Shown piece after piece: positions 1 through 11,978 of a stretch of 64,000 nt of DNA (position 1 is its first letter; each line of letters starts with the position of its first letter). The stretch spans positions 356,283 to 420,282 of the forward strand of contig NW_019217850.1 of the NCBI RefSeq assembly GCF_002571385.2, given 5' to 3'. The position numbers and the translations under genes were made by a program. Origin of the DNA: Stylophora pistillata (lineage: Eukaryota). The notes below the pieces were generated by a model that saw only the letters and a program-made list of their open reading frames with translations, was not told the DNA's origin and ran no database searches.

Positions 1-206
1 CAAGCCATCTCACTACCACGATTCAGCAAATGCACGATTTGTCAAAGCGTTAAGTCATGTTTAGCGAGTCACGTTGGGAAAATTAATGAACCGTCACAGT
101 TACCAGGTACTCCTATCAGGGCCAAACCCACCGGTACAAACGAAAGACTTGAGCCCTCCAAATGTTATAGCGGTTTTTTAATCACACGACTTTCTTGTCC
201 TAATAG

Positions 207-2327
207 TTGATGTTGCAATGAGCGAAGCTTCAAAACGTCTCTCCGAGGAAGGGCAAAGTTTAAATTCGATTGTGTCTGCCATGGATTCCGAGAACGCCGA
301 GCCTCGTTACAAGAACATCGTCCACTTGTGGGAGTTTCTTTACGAGTTGCTTGCCAGTGGTGACAAGTGCAGCTCGATCATAGCCTGGATCAGAGAGGAA
401 CATGGAGAGTTTAAACTAAAGAACAAAGAAGAAGTCGCCAAAAGGTGGGGTGCTTATAAGAAGATAAAAGGAATGAACTACGAGAAACTCAGCAGGGCTC
501 TTCGACATTATTATCCAAAAGGAATTATTAAAAAGGTGAGCCTTATACACGAGACTGACATCAATTTCTGTTTCGTTGTTGTCCATTTTTGTAGGGTGAG
601 TATGGCAATGATCAAAGTTCAGTTGTCTTGAATAAACTCATAGGATATAGGAAAAATTTATTCGAAGGCGAAGAGAGTAAACGCATAAAATTCCCGAAGT
701 TAAATCTCTTAATTTTGTACCAGGCGGTGTCCTATCTTATCCACAACTCGAAAACAACAATCTCAGTGAGAACATGTGAAAAAAGTCGTCAATGATTATT
801 TCCCCAATCTTCTCGTCCACTTTGTTTTAAGTTTCCTTCCTTTTGATAATGGACGCATGCAGTAACATAATTTCGAAACAAACTTATGTGGGTACGGACA
901 ATAAGGCTGCTCGACTAACCTCAATATTTTCGCTAATGAACATGTTTTTTTTTATCCGTCAAATTAGCATGATACAGGTGCCCAAGCAATCAAGGGACAT
1001 TGTCGATAGCATTAAAGAATCGAAAGTGAAAGAGAAAACCACGTTCGAGTGAACAATTACGTCAAAATAGCCCCGAGACTCAGAAAAAAAAAAAAAGCCT
1101 GTGTTATGCATCTTTGAGTACAGGAGTATATTTCACCTAATTTCACCTAATTTCAATTACAATAAAACAAAACAAAATTCAAAGCAGCACTTTAATGCCG
1201 CAGCACTTAAATGCAATCTCATCTACTCAATCTCAAGACTTGACATGTATTCCCAAAGCTTTACCTGCTGACCAATTATAACCGACTGGTTCAGGATATG
1301 CAAATTATTATGCTGCCCGCTGATTAAATGGGCACTACAAGTACATGTCGCGAAAGACAGTAGCATTCTGGGAGATGTATACTTAACTTGGCGATGTTTA
1401 GATCACAAACGTCTACCGCACCCAGAGAACATCGATGAATAACATGTAGAATCAATAAAACATTTCGTTTTCTCATGAAATTACCGGTGAGTGTGCGTAC
1501 AGTTAAAAGGTTTGAGTGTAAAGGAACAGTTTTCAGTTACATCTTCCGGAGAGCAGCCTTAATCCCTCATTTATCTCGTTTGGTGATTTATCAATCTTAT
1601 CAAATAAACAAACAGCCAAGACGGCGTATTAAACTGTTCGTCGCGTGTGCCCAGGAAGTATTCAGGGTGAGACAACAGCGTTAAAAGCCCCAGCCAGGAT
1701 TTAGCCTTTTGAACGTTAGACAATTATAACAGGTCGCAGATTTCACTGCGCGATTTGAAATGAATTTTTATCGATTCTGCTATTGTTTTTTCGGAAACTC
1801 TCATGCCCGAGTAACTTTTATTTGGTAATGTATAAGTTTTAATTGTTCCTTTTTAATCGTTTTTTGTTTAGGTCGCGGGCCAGAGACTGGTGTATAAGTT
1901 TAACAAATTGCCATACAAGTATGAACCCGGCGTAACGAGATCTCTTTACCACGGAACCAGAATCAAGGCTTGCATCCAAGAACCAACGAAACCGAAAGAA
2001 ACCAACCCTGCCCCTCCCAAGATCAATACTAGCACTTCACTGTCAGCCTTCACCCCGGTCCGTGGATATCCCAAAAAGAGCTGGTCTTGGCCGCTTCTTT
2101 CTGCGCCATCAGATCCTCTCGTGTGGTATCCAGGTTCCACACCTAACTCTCCAACCATATTTGACAGCTCTAAGACCATGATCGTGTTCCCGTTTGTTCC
2201 CAGTCCCCCTGTGCACCATCCCTTACAGCTGCATTTCAAACCAAAACGGGAAAACGATGAACCTGTTGGTCAAATGATAACCCCTGAGGTTACATCGATT
2301 CCGGTTTCGGTAATAAAGCGTGTCTAA
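207..2327 (+). CDS. ETS-1: ELF-like ETS transcription factor; exons 207(ATG 218)-535 and 1872-2327; an upstream exon is likely
   Basis: ETS domain HLWEFLYELL...WG..K...MNYEKLSRALRHYY..GIIKK. GT donor at 536 and AG acceptor at 1870-1871 give the in-frame [10 protein letters not shown] that completes the domain. Phase-1 acceptor (taatag) ends at 206. Ends SIPVSVIKRV*. AATAAA at 2871. Confidence 0.9.
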
Positions 2328-3379
2328 CGTTCGCTGATATCTAGCCCTTTGACACACTTCTCAGATTTTTTTTTTCAAAGAGATTTTATTTTGATACCTT
2401 AACTTAAGGTCGTTTTACCCTATAACAGACTTTTCAATTGCTTCTCCTGCTATTTTTGCACGTTAGGTTGCACAGTCTACTGTGACGTAGTCTGGATGAT
2501 AACAAAATCGCATCGGAGTTTTTCATCTATGCATACATTTCTTTCAGCGAAGCTTTTTGTTTTGCCAAACATTGCTCGATTATACTAAGAAGGATAGCAC
2601 TGAGCCGAAAAGAGAAAGTTATTCTCTTAATTAGAGGATTGTCCTTCCAATACTTTAATGTTGATCATTATTGTTGGTTAATAGCACCAAGATTATAATG
2701 GTAAATTTTTCGTAAAAAAGTATGTTTCTTTTATGACCGTGAAAAGTTATAGAAAAATATTTTAATTTTTGCGATAAAAAGTCTGAAGATGTATTTTTTC
2801 CATATAATTTATCTTAATTTTTGTAAGTTAAAAAGCTTAACGTATTTTTCAAATATTGATACAAGATGAAAATAAATTTGTATGGTTTTTGACGTATATC
2901 TGAAGTTAACCTTCGTGAAAGAACGTACTAGTGGCAAGAGGACCTCTGAGCTGTATAATCCCTTAAGACCCATAAACAACCCTAGCTTGGCGTTACACTT
3001 CCCAAAAATAATGTCTGCGCAGGAAATATTTGCTTTTGCGTCCGCAGGCTTATTGTGGTCAATTGCGGTAAAGTGCAGGTCATTTGCGTTTGATTTCTGG
3101 AGGCCGGAAGAACTTCTTTTGAAGCTAAATTTTTAAAACGCGTGAACTTCTTGAAGCAGCCTTAACTTCTTCGCTGTTCTTTTTGCTAAGAAGTCAGAAA
3201 AAGGATTAGAATCGAAAAAGAAATTTAAAAGCATTCAACACCTTACTGTTTTAACCTTCTGATTTAATTTTTTCTCTCGGAAAAATTGAATTTGTACTTT
3301 AAAAGCCAAGAGCCGTTCTTAAATAGCCTTTTATACCAATTTTACACTTAAAATTAGCTTGGACCGACAATCTTAAACA

Positions 3380-4205
3380 GCAACTTCCGGTTTTCGACAT
3401 CCGCTTTCTTCTTTTATTAGCTGTTTCTTATTCCTTTCTAAAACTTTTCCATACAGTGCTTTTTATGTCTCAATATTTTTACCCAATAATGGTGTGTCCG
3501 CGTTAAACACGTCGCTTTTACCGTTTGTTTTGTTCTATTTCTCTTTCACAGTTCAAACATTCAGACCTCAGAGGATAAAAGCAAAACCCTTTTTCTCCTA
3601 CCTCAAAACACAAATTGTTTATAACCAGCTTTTCTAGGCGATACCCATCAGTAAAAAAAAAAAAAAAACAATATAAAACATAGGGGAAAGTTCAGTGTCT
3701 TTTATTACTTTACACATTTGCTTCCAGAAGGTGAAGATCACGACCTCCATTTGAATATTTAATACAGTGAGATTAACTCAACTAAATACGACTGCATTTC
3801 CTGCAGGACTTTTAGAGTTTAGAGCTTTGAATCAAATCCCACAATCGAGAAAGGCCGATTAAACTTCTTTTGAAAGCTGATTTTTTTTTTTTTTCTTTTC
3901 TTTCCCCCCTTTTTTTTTTAATTCTTATTTATAACCTCTCGCGTGACGGAACAGAACGTTCTCGGCTGTCACGCCAGATATGATTGCAACCGGAAGATGC
4001 CGAGAGGAAGTAAATAAATTTTTATACGATTGATAGAACTTCCCTTGTAGCAATAGTCATGCTTAAATAAAGCTTCCAGGTGCAACTACCATTATGAGTA
4101 AGACCCATTTACAGCTGAAAGTCCTCCAGTTTTCCGTTTCATTTCCAAGTGAAAGTGGTCGAAGAAGGACGCCCTACTGACTGTTGACTCCCCCGCAAAA
4201 TGGCG
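3380..4205 (+). promoter_or_regulatory. Putative promoter of ETS-2 with ETS core sites
   Basis: ACTTCCGG (~3383), ACCGGAAG and AGAGGAAGT (~3989-4011), ACTTCC (~4038). CAAAATGGCG (YY1-like) overlaps the ATG. Confidence 0.5.
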
Positions 4206-7200
4206 TCCCAAACAGCAGGTAGATTTTTTTTTTTTATTTCTTGATTTCTTACTTCCAAAACAAATTATTGAGCCCGAGCTGTCGGTTACTTATGTTTAAA
4301 AGTTTTAGCTGTATCGATGAATTTTTTAACATTTTGCTCGGTAGCTTGTCCTAGCCGAGAGTGAGAACATAAATAGTAAGTTATTGACTCCGCGATAATG
4401 GTACTGAGTACAACGCCTGGTGGGCGATGAGTTGTCTAAAATTAGTATTTTGTAGACCGATCACCTAAGAACAGCAAGCGAACTGGCATCCTCCACATGG
4501 AGATTCTTTTGATGCTAACAAAGTCACTATGAACGATTAATGAGAAAAAAATATATATTTTGAAACAGCTTTCCCCTACATTTGTCCAATGTGGCGTGGG
4601 CACACATGGCTGGTTGATATAATATCATAATTATAACGAATGTTGGAAACAACAACAACAAAAAATATTTTCTCAAAATTTTGAACAAAGAGAGAGCTGT
4701 TGCTTCTAAATGGTACTATCTTCTCGTTTCGTTTAAAGTTAAGTCGAAACTTTGAGACTAAGTGTCACGACGCTGAGTCTCGAGTTAACCAACGCAACAG
4801 TTCTTCATCATTTGTATAATTCGCTTGTTGAGTTATGTCATTCGCCATACACGCTAATTTTTTGCTTGAGCTGTAAACAGTTAAGAGGTTTGCGCCTTTT
4901 ATTTGAGGATCACACTGACACAAGGCAAAATAAAACTTGAATTTTGTAGAGCACCAACCAAACATACTGAGCGGAAGCAACAGCGAAGTAAGAGCCAATA
5001 CTTGTATAGTTTCATTCAAAATTTACAATGTTTTATCGTTCGTTTAAAAGTAAATTACAATAATGACCAAAGATCTAATGACCAGTTTCTCAGAACTGAG
5101 TGATCACAGATGCAAATCTAGATTTTAAACTAAGGATTCTACCCTTGTAAGACTCACGAATTCATTGTAATAGTAAAAAAAGTGTTAGTTTGGAGCTCCA
5201 CCATTCTTTAATGAAGTTTGTTCGCCGTCCACGGATTTGATCAATGGCTAATGAAAGTATATTATTCTGAAGAACTGTGGCGTTTCACAACAGTTACACT
5301 CATCATAGAGAAACAAAGAACAAAAGATTTTATCTGTCTTGTGCACAGGTAACTCAAAAATAAGCCGATGGAGAACGAAATTAGTTTACATGACAACTCT
5401 TTCCTACTGAGGGAAACCAAAAGTATGACTCATGCGACGAACTCTTGTTGCAGTTTAAACAGTGATCGTGCAGCTCTCATATGAAATAAGATTTAGATAT
5501 TGTGGTAGAGTGGAGAAGCATTATGTTTTCTTTCATCCGTAATTACTAATAGTGGTTCAATCGTGCAATAAACAAAAGTATTATTGTAGTGAACAATAAA
5601 AGTTAAGTTTTGAATGCATCCACATCAAGTTTGTTTCATTATCCTTGATATCACGGTTTAGGCTCAGTATCTTCAGAAATATTCAAAGCGTAAAAAAAGG
5701 CGTTCACGAAGACCTATATCCTCTCCCGACGAGGAACAGGTGTAGCAGGAGCAAATGAAGTCTCTGGAAAGAACAACATTTTCAGTACGAGCAAATCTAA
5801 ATAAGCTTACATTTTCTTTGAGAGATTTAACAAGTTTGTGATGGCATAGAATGAGATAATTTTTCTTTAAGTTAATTAGAGAAAGCGTTTGGTGTAAGGC
5901 AAGCTATCTTGAGTTGAACATGCAAATTTTGTGGTTGTTGATCGAAGAGAACTGAGTTGTTTATTGTGGAGAAGTGTGTTCAGCATAATAATCGTTTGTC
6001 TCCTGTAATGAAGACCTGCCGTGAAGGTAATGATGATGATAATAATAGCGTTACAAACGAATAAAAGGCAAATTTGTTTTGCAGCAATATCATGATCATT
6101 TTCAGTTTTATCACTGACCGTGTTCTTATGAGTTCGCCATTATCACTCAATAATCTGTAGAAATCTACTTCGTCTAAAATACATGCTTCTCTCACTGAGT
6201 CAAATAAATTTTATAGAGAAAGTTGGAGGTTGGGCTCATCGACGCAAGCTTAACGAAACATTTGTTGTATCTATTTAATTTTGGATCTCTTCAACAGGTG
6301 TAAAACTGCGTCAATTGTCATCTTTAGTCATTTTTGATCTTTTCTTTCAAGCAGATGGCTCTTAACTGTATCTTCAGGGCTTTTAGAGGAAGTTTCTAAG
6401 CAGTTGAATAGTTAGGAATTAAACTAGTACCCTCTTAAACCTGAGAACTAAAAATGGGGTTAAGGTTTGGTTTGAAAGAAATTTGAGCTGTACTTCGCGA
6501 AATTTTTTAACAGATGGGATCTTACTGACTCCATCTTTAAGGTGGAGGACTTGTATGGAGCGATAGCAGAAAGGGGTGTAGTTTCTTTCTACTTTAGAAC
6601 GTATTCAACTCAGTTTTAGTGTCCATTTGAAACATAAAAGCTTTCAAAAGGTGCAGCGTTAGAATTCAAAAAGCGACAACATGTATGATATTAAAATAAC
6701 TCTTTCTTTCTCTTCTCTATATTTTAACAAACCAATGCTATGAAAGTACAGGGTAAAGAGACAGATCTAGAAATCGAGGTGACAGACGAATCAAACAACG
6801 GAGGCAAACACTCACAAGTCAAAAAACATCGTCGCAAGAACGTCATCCACCTGTGGGAATTTTTGTTGGAGCTTCTCGCCAACGACAATTTGTGTACCAT
6901 AATCTGCTGGAGCAGGAGAGAGTTGAACGAGTTTCAGCTCAAAAGACCCGAAGAAGTGGCAAGAAGATGGGGTCTGCTACGAAAACGGAAAGGAATGAAT
7001 TATAAAAAACTCAGTCGCGCTTTACGATTCTATTATGGCAAGGGAATTATTCAAAAGGTTGGTACTGTCGTTTACTGAGAGATAGATTCACTTACTTTAA
7101 GCTAGGTAACCCAAGTGTACTCACTGTTGTTATATAAAGCTGGCTAAAGCCATCTCACCAAAGAACTGGAGGTTGAAAAAATGGAAGCCGTGGTAAAGTC

Positions 7201-10200
7201 CAGCAATTATTCCTGGCACAACCTAACTATAGTCCTTGAAAGCAAAATTATATCTGCCACAACCTGACTATAGCTCTTGAAAAGTATAAAGAGATGCATT
7301 GCACTATGCCATTGTGGCAATGTACCGATATATTGTGCATTGCATTGTGCCATATCTTTCTCATAAAAGCATTATTACTGTGAGTTGCTGTTGTCTGTGT
7401 CAAAGCTGTGCATTGCACCACCATCTCATTCCCCATACTGCTCAATTTAAGTCTTTAAAATGCAGTGTGGTGTTGGTGTTTTAGAGAGTACATATGCTTT
7501 TTCATTTGTGGTATGGTTGAAGAATCTTACTGCATATACTAGATTGTACATGGTGTCTGCCAGTTGACGTGGTGCAACAGGTGTTTGTTAAAATTATGGT
7601 GCAATGACTTCTTTACCATAAAGAGATTTCCTAGTGTTTCTTCTAGTGTAATAATCTTAGTGTTTGCTACTTGAGTTAATGCATCTTATCGGGGTTGATT
7701 GGTGTTTGCCACTTGAGTTCATAGATCTTATCGTAGTTAATTGGTTGTAATAATTTTGGTGTTTCCTATTTGAGCTCTGGATCTTATCGTGGTTGGTTGG
7801 TTTTAATGATGTTGTTGTTTGCTACGGGAGTTCTTGGATCGTATTTAGGTTGATGTGATGAACATTATTTCATAAGTTGTAGAGTGTTTCGATAGTAATT
7901 ACACTAATTGTGGTATGTCATTACTATGGTAACACAGGGTACTTGTTGTGAAGAATGGTACCCTTTTTCCAACTCACGTGAGAAAATTGATTTTATCTTC
8001 CACTTGTTATAACTCACAGTACAAATGTACTTCACAGTGGTAACTGATTAATGATGTATAAAATGAATGATAACCCATGTGTCCAGATTTTCCTGGAGTC
8101 TGAACATTTTAAGGTTTTCTTCATGGCTTAATGGCCTTTCTTACAAACATGAAGGGTGCTCTGAATATCTTTCCAGTGTATACCTTTTAAAAAACGTGCA
8201 CCTCTCTATGTACTATGCATTGGTCTATGCTACATGGTGTTTGGTATTTGGTTAAATAGCTTTAGGGGGTTGTAACTTGTTACCAGAAAACAGTGTACAC
8301 TAAATTAATCATTCATATCAACTGTTCCATGAGTGTGGGCTTGGCTTCTGGACACTTTTCATCGGTCATGGAGCATTCTATCTAATGTAATGTGTGGTGT
8401 TTAGGGTTTTTTTCCTTTTATTATAGATGTTGGACAGAGGATCAAGGTACATCTCAGCCTACACCAAATACCTCTAGCAAGTGACAACATTTTTTCAATA
8501 TCGACAGTAAGGGTGAGAACTGGACTAATTTACGCAGATGCTAATACTTGCCTGTACCCCAGAACCATCGTCACATTCTAAGTTTTTGTTCCAAGAGACT
8601 CCAGTGTTCATCGTCTGCTACGATGTTTTTAGTGCAAGTGGTGCATGATAAGGATTTTTTCTTATGTAGTATCACTGTCTTTTCATTTATTGTGATTGGG
8701 CACCGAATTATTATACCATAGTAATGTCCACCGTCAATTCATTGAACATGGAAGTTGTCGAAGTATTCAGCAATTCGCGTATGCTTTGTAGTTCGCGCTA
8801 TGATTTGTACCTTCCTGTGATACCCATTCTTCACCATCAGCATAGCGTGCTACATCTCAATCGACTGTTTAAGGAAAAGATGTTCGCCATAAAGTAATGT
8901 TTTAACACTCATTGCTTCATCGACGTAATGAGTTTATGAAGGAGTTTCTTGCTAAACTTCATATGTAAGGGTATTCCTCTGATATATGTCACTTCTTCTA
9001 GGTAGACTTTGCAAGTTTCGTTCAGAACTGAAAAGCCGAAAGCCACAATAACATTAATCGAAACTGAACAATCATCGAAAATAATTCTTCAAACCAATAT
9101 AAAACGATGAAGACCAGAAAACAGACACACGAATAAGACAACTAAAAACTCCTTTTTTCCCCTCGATACGAAAAATGACCAAAACAAAGCATCCCAATGT
9201 TCCTCTCCTGTACGTTCGCCACCTTGAATTCGGCGCGCATTTTGCTTGTTTTGGTGACAACAGTCCTTCACAACAGCGGCCTTACTAGAGATACCTATTG
9301 TCCATTTTGATAATGAGTATGCCGCGTAAAGAGTCTGGGAGTCAGAGCATTACAAACAAGAACATTTATTTCGAGTTTTCCACGGTTTTGTGGGTGTAGC
9401 TTTTGCATGTACCAATTCCTCCAGCCCAGAGGAATGAAAGCAGTCAACTATTAGCTTCAGCTGATGAAGTTGAAGTCTTTGAAAATTTGAAAAAAAACTA
9501 AGTAAATTAGACTTCGATCTTCGTCGTACACATTTTGAAACTAACTCTCAAGGCAGCTCTTGTAAGTAGATTTATGGTCAAGTTATTATTGTGATCTGTT
9601 CATGTTGTCCTTCAGCAACATTGTTAAAATATATACAAAGTAATCGAATGAAGCCTTACACTGCTGTAAAAAAGTAAAATGCTTTTAAAAATCCGAGCTT
9701 TCGCCGATCAACGGTATCATCAGGGATAAGAAAATATTCCGGGCGCGCTGTATAAATATAAAAAGAGTGTGTGGTGAAATGTGTAAAAAATGTGACTATG
9801 TGGCATGAAAGAATGGTTTTCAGTCACTAGCTGAGGATTTAAGTCGTTTATGGCCATCTATTTCATAATTCATCATATTGATCATTTATTTTCATGTTCT
9901 CGTAGGTTCCTGGCGAGCGGTTTACCTACAAGTTCGACAAACTACCTTACAGATACCATCCAGAAGTTTCACAGCCAAGAAATCAAGATTGCAAATTGAC
10001 TTCGTGGGACCAAGAACAAAAGCAAATATTGTCTGATAAATCTACATCCTATTTAAGTAAAGAATCAGTATTCTCGTCTTCATATGAGCAGTCAACACTG
10101 TCACGTGCCCACATCCCTTTGGGAAAGAGTATCATCCCCTCTCTCATACCCAGTGCTGCGCAGTCAACACAAATAAGTCAAGTATCAGTCCAACAGCTTT

Positions 10201-10349
10201 CTCCTCAAATATGTATACTGAGTAAAATAACATTGAAAGCTACTGCTCCTTCACTCTTTCCGGAGCGAGATCTTCTGAATTGTACGACTAAGTCTATTCC
10301 TGTGTCAGTTATTAAACGATCGCCTCCAATCCATTATGCTGATGAATAA
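4200..10349 (+). CDS. ETS-2: ELF-like ETS transcription factor (~257 aa); exons 4200-4218, 6747-7057, 9906-10349
   Basis: Micro-exon ATGGCGTCCCAAACAGCAG|GT (phase 1) joins in frame to AAG|TA at 6747. ETS exon [10 protein letters not shown]...MNYKKLSRALRFYYGKGIIQK|GT. Acceptor cgtag ending at 9905 gives VPGERFTYKFDKLPYRYHP. Contains SIPVSVIKR near the end. An alternative start at ATG 6740 is possible. Confidence 0.85.
7650..7860. repeat. Degenerate ~55-bp tandem repeat (~4 units) in ETS-2 intron 2; homolog at ~22975-23205
   Basis: Recurring gtttgctacttgagtt...gatcttatcgtggttggttgg units. Confidence 0.7.
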
Positions 10350-10451
10350 AATGTTAATTGTATGATTGGTTACTTTTCTTGTGATATATGCAACTCTCAA
10401 AGATCACCTCAAAGCTTGTTCTAAAAGTCGAACTTCAAAGGTAACATACAC

Positions 10452-10610
10452 AAGGATGACGAGGGATTAACGCTCGAAACGTATTTCTAGAAACACTCTG
10501 CGGTGGCCAATTCTCGTGATCAACTCAGTTGATAGAGCCAACTTATCTTCTCAGACTTTCTACCGACGCAGCAGCAAAGCATCTTTAGAAGCTTCCCCCC
10601 CTGTGTACAC
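10452..10610 (+). mobile_element. Degenerate hammerhead-bearing short repeat (Penelope pLTR/retrozyme-like) in the ETS-2 3' region; paralog at ~17030-17185
   Basis: TGACGA-stem-GAAACGT followed by cggtggccaatt...caactcagttgat...ccgacgcagca...tttagaa. Same family on the - strand at ~29710-29860 and ~33760-33890. Confidence 0.6.
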
Positions 10611-11094
10611 AAGGATAACTTTTACCTTGAGCAGGTCTTTAGGGCAATAGATTTCCCATCTGTTAAATACCTACTCATACTTAAAGCCACAACTCTTTCA
10701 GTAAGATGTGACCCTCTACGATTAAACATACCCTAAGGTAAACACGCGGCGGGGTAACATGACACGCTAAGCAATAAGAAGTGAGCGGACGTGCCCAATG
10801 GGACGATTGATTAAAATTTTTCCTTTGTTTACATGGCATGATTTAAACAAAAGCGCGCGTATGATATAATGGATAATCGAATAAAGAATGTGCTGATAAA
10901 TTTATAACACGGTCATTAAATAAAAGAAGCCCTTCCATAAAAAATCAAACCAAACTTTTTTAAATTCAGCGCTTCGACGCTCCCCTACAGAGCAACAGAG
11001 AACTTCATACCACCCTCACAATGTTTTCGACATTGCCGACCTTAGCACTACGTATAGTGCCTGCCACATATAAACCTGATAAGCTCTGTTTAGA

Positions 11095-11215
11095 GTAAAT
11101 GTAGCCAACAGCCTCGGAGCGTAGACTCCGAGGTCTGGGATCCGAATCTTTGGGACACCTAAGATCTTTTAGCGTTTATCCCACGCTCGTGAAAATAAAA
11201 AACACATCTTTGTGA
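11095..11215 (+). mobile_element. Degenerate tRNA-derived SINE-like repeat; paralog at ~18020-18135, reverse fragment at ~32610-32670
   Basis: Shared ccacgctcgtga...aaaaacacatct tail and a degraded tRNA-like head. Confidence 0.4.
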
Positions 11216-11664
11216 ATACAAAATCAAGAGATAATTAACTTAATCCATTCAAGATATAATATCGTGGTGACAAGTTACAACTTTCCACCTGAAGAAGTAT
11301 AATATCAATTTAATGCAAGTCAAAATCATTTTAACTTCAAACTATAGTTATGTAGAGAATGATTACCAATTACTTTCCCAGTCTTTTTAGCTGCGATTTT
11401 CACTTTTCCCCACCAAAAGGAACGTGTAGTAACAACCTTACTTTTGCATTGTTAGTTGCAAGTTGTTGGATGATCTTTTCAAGATAAAGGAAAACCACTT
11501 CGCAACATCTTTTGGTGTTTTATAAGGGAGCCTGTTACACTGTGCTTCAATTGAAATTCATGATAAATAGGAAGCTTGTGCTTTCAGAAGGATACACAAC
11601 TGCTGTAGAACCTTTGGTATGAGTTTCTCAATCGTTATTCACTTTCAAAGGCACTTTGAATAAA

Positions 11665-11941
11665 ACAACATCCGGTTTCCAGCTTCCGGCTTCCGGTCCT
11701 ATTCAATGGCTTCTTTCGGCTCTAAATCTTTTTTTTTTTTTTTTTTTTTTTTACTGTTCAAAAGGATTCCAGTTAATACTTGGAAAAAGTTCATTTTCTT
11801 TTCTTTTTCCTGAGAATGTCCCTTTCGATGCTCGAAGATAACCCGGTCAGGACACTCTCAGGACTAAGGACATTGCGGTGTTGAAAAGCGCCTTGAGGTG
11901 AAAATTATAACCAGCTTTTCTAGGCGATACCCATCAGTCAA

Positions 11942-11978
<37 letters not shown>

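Noticed and set aside
536-631. ORF extensions past GIIKK/GIIQK in each ETS exon
   Set aside because: These are intron read-through. The last ETS strands are encoded by the downstream exon.
9460-9485. CTGATGA...GAAA hammerhead-like string
   Set aside because: No convincing stem II or cleavage-site pairing.
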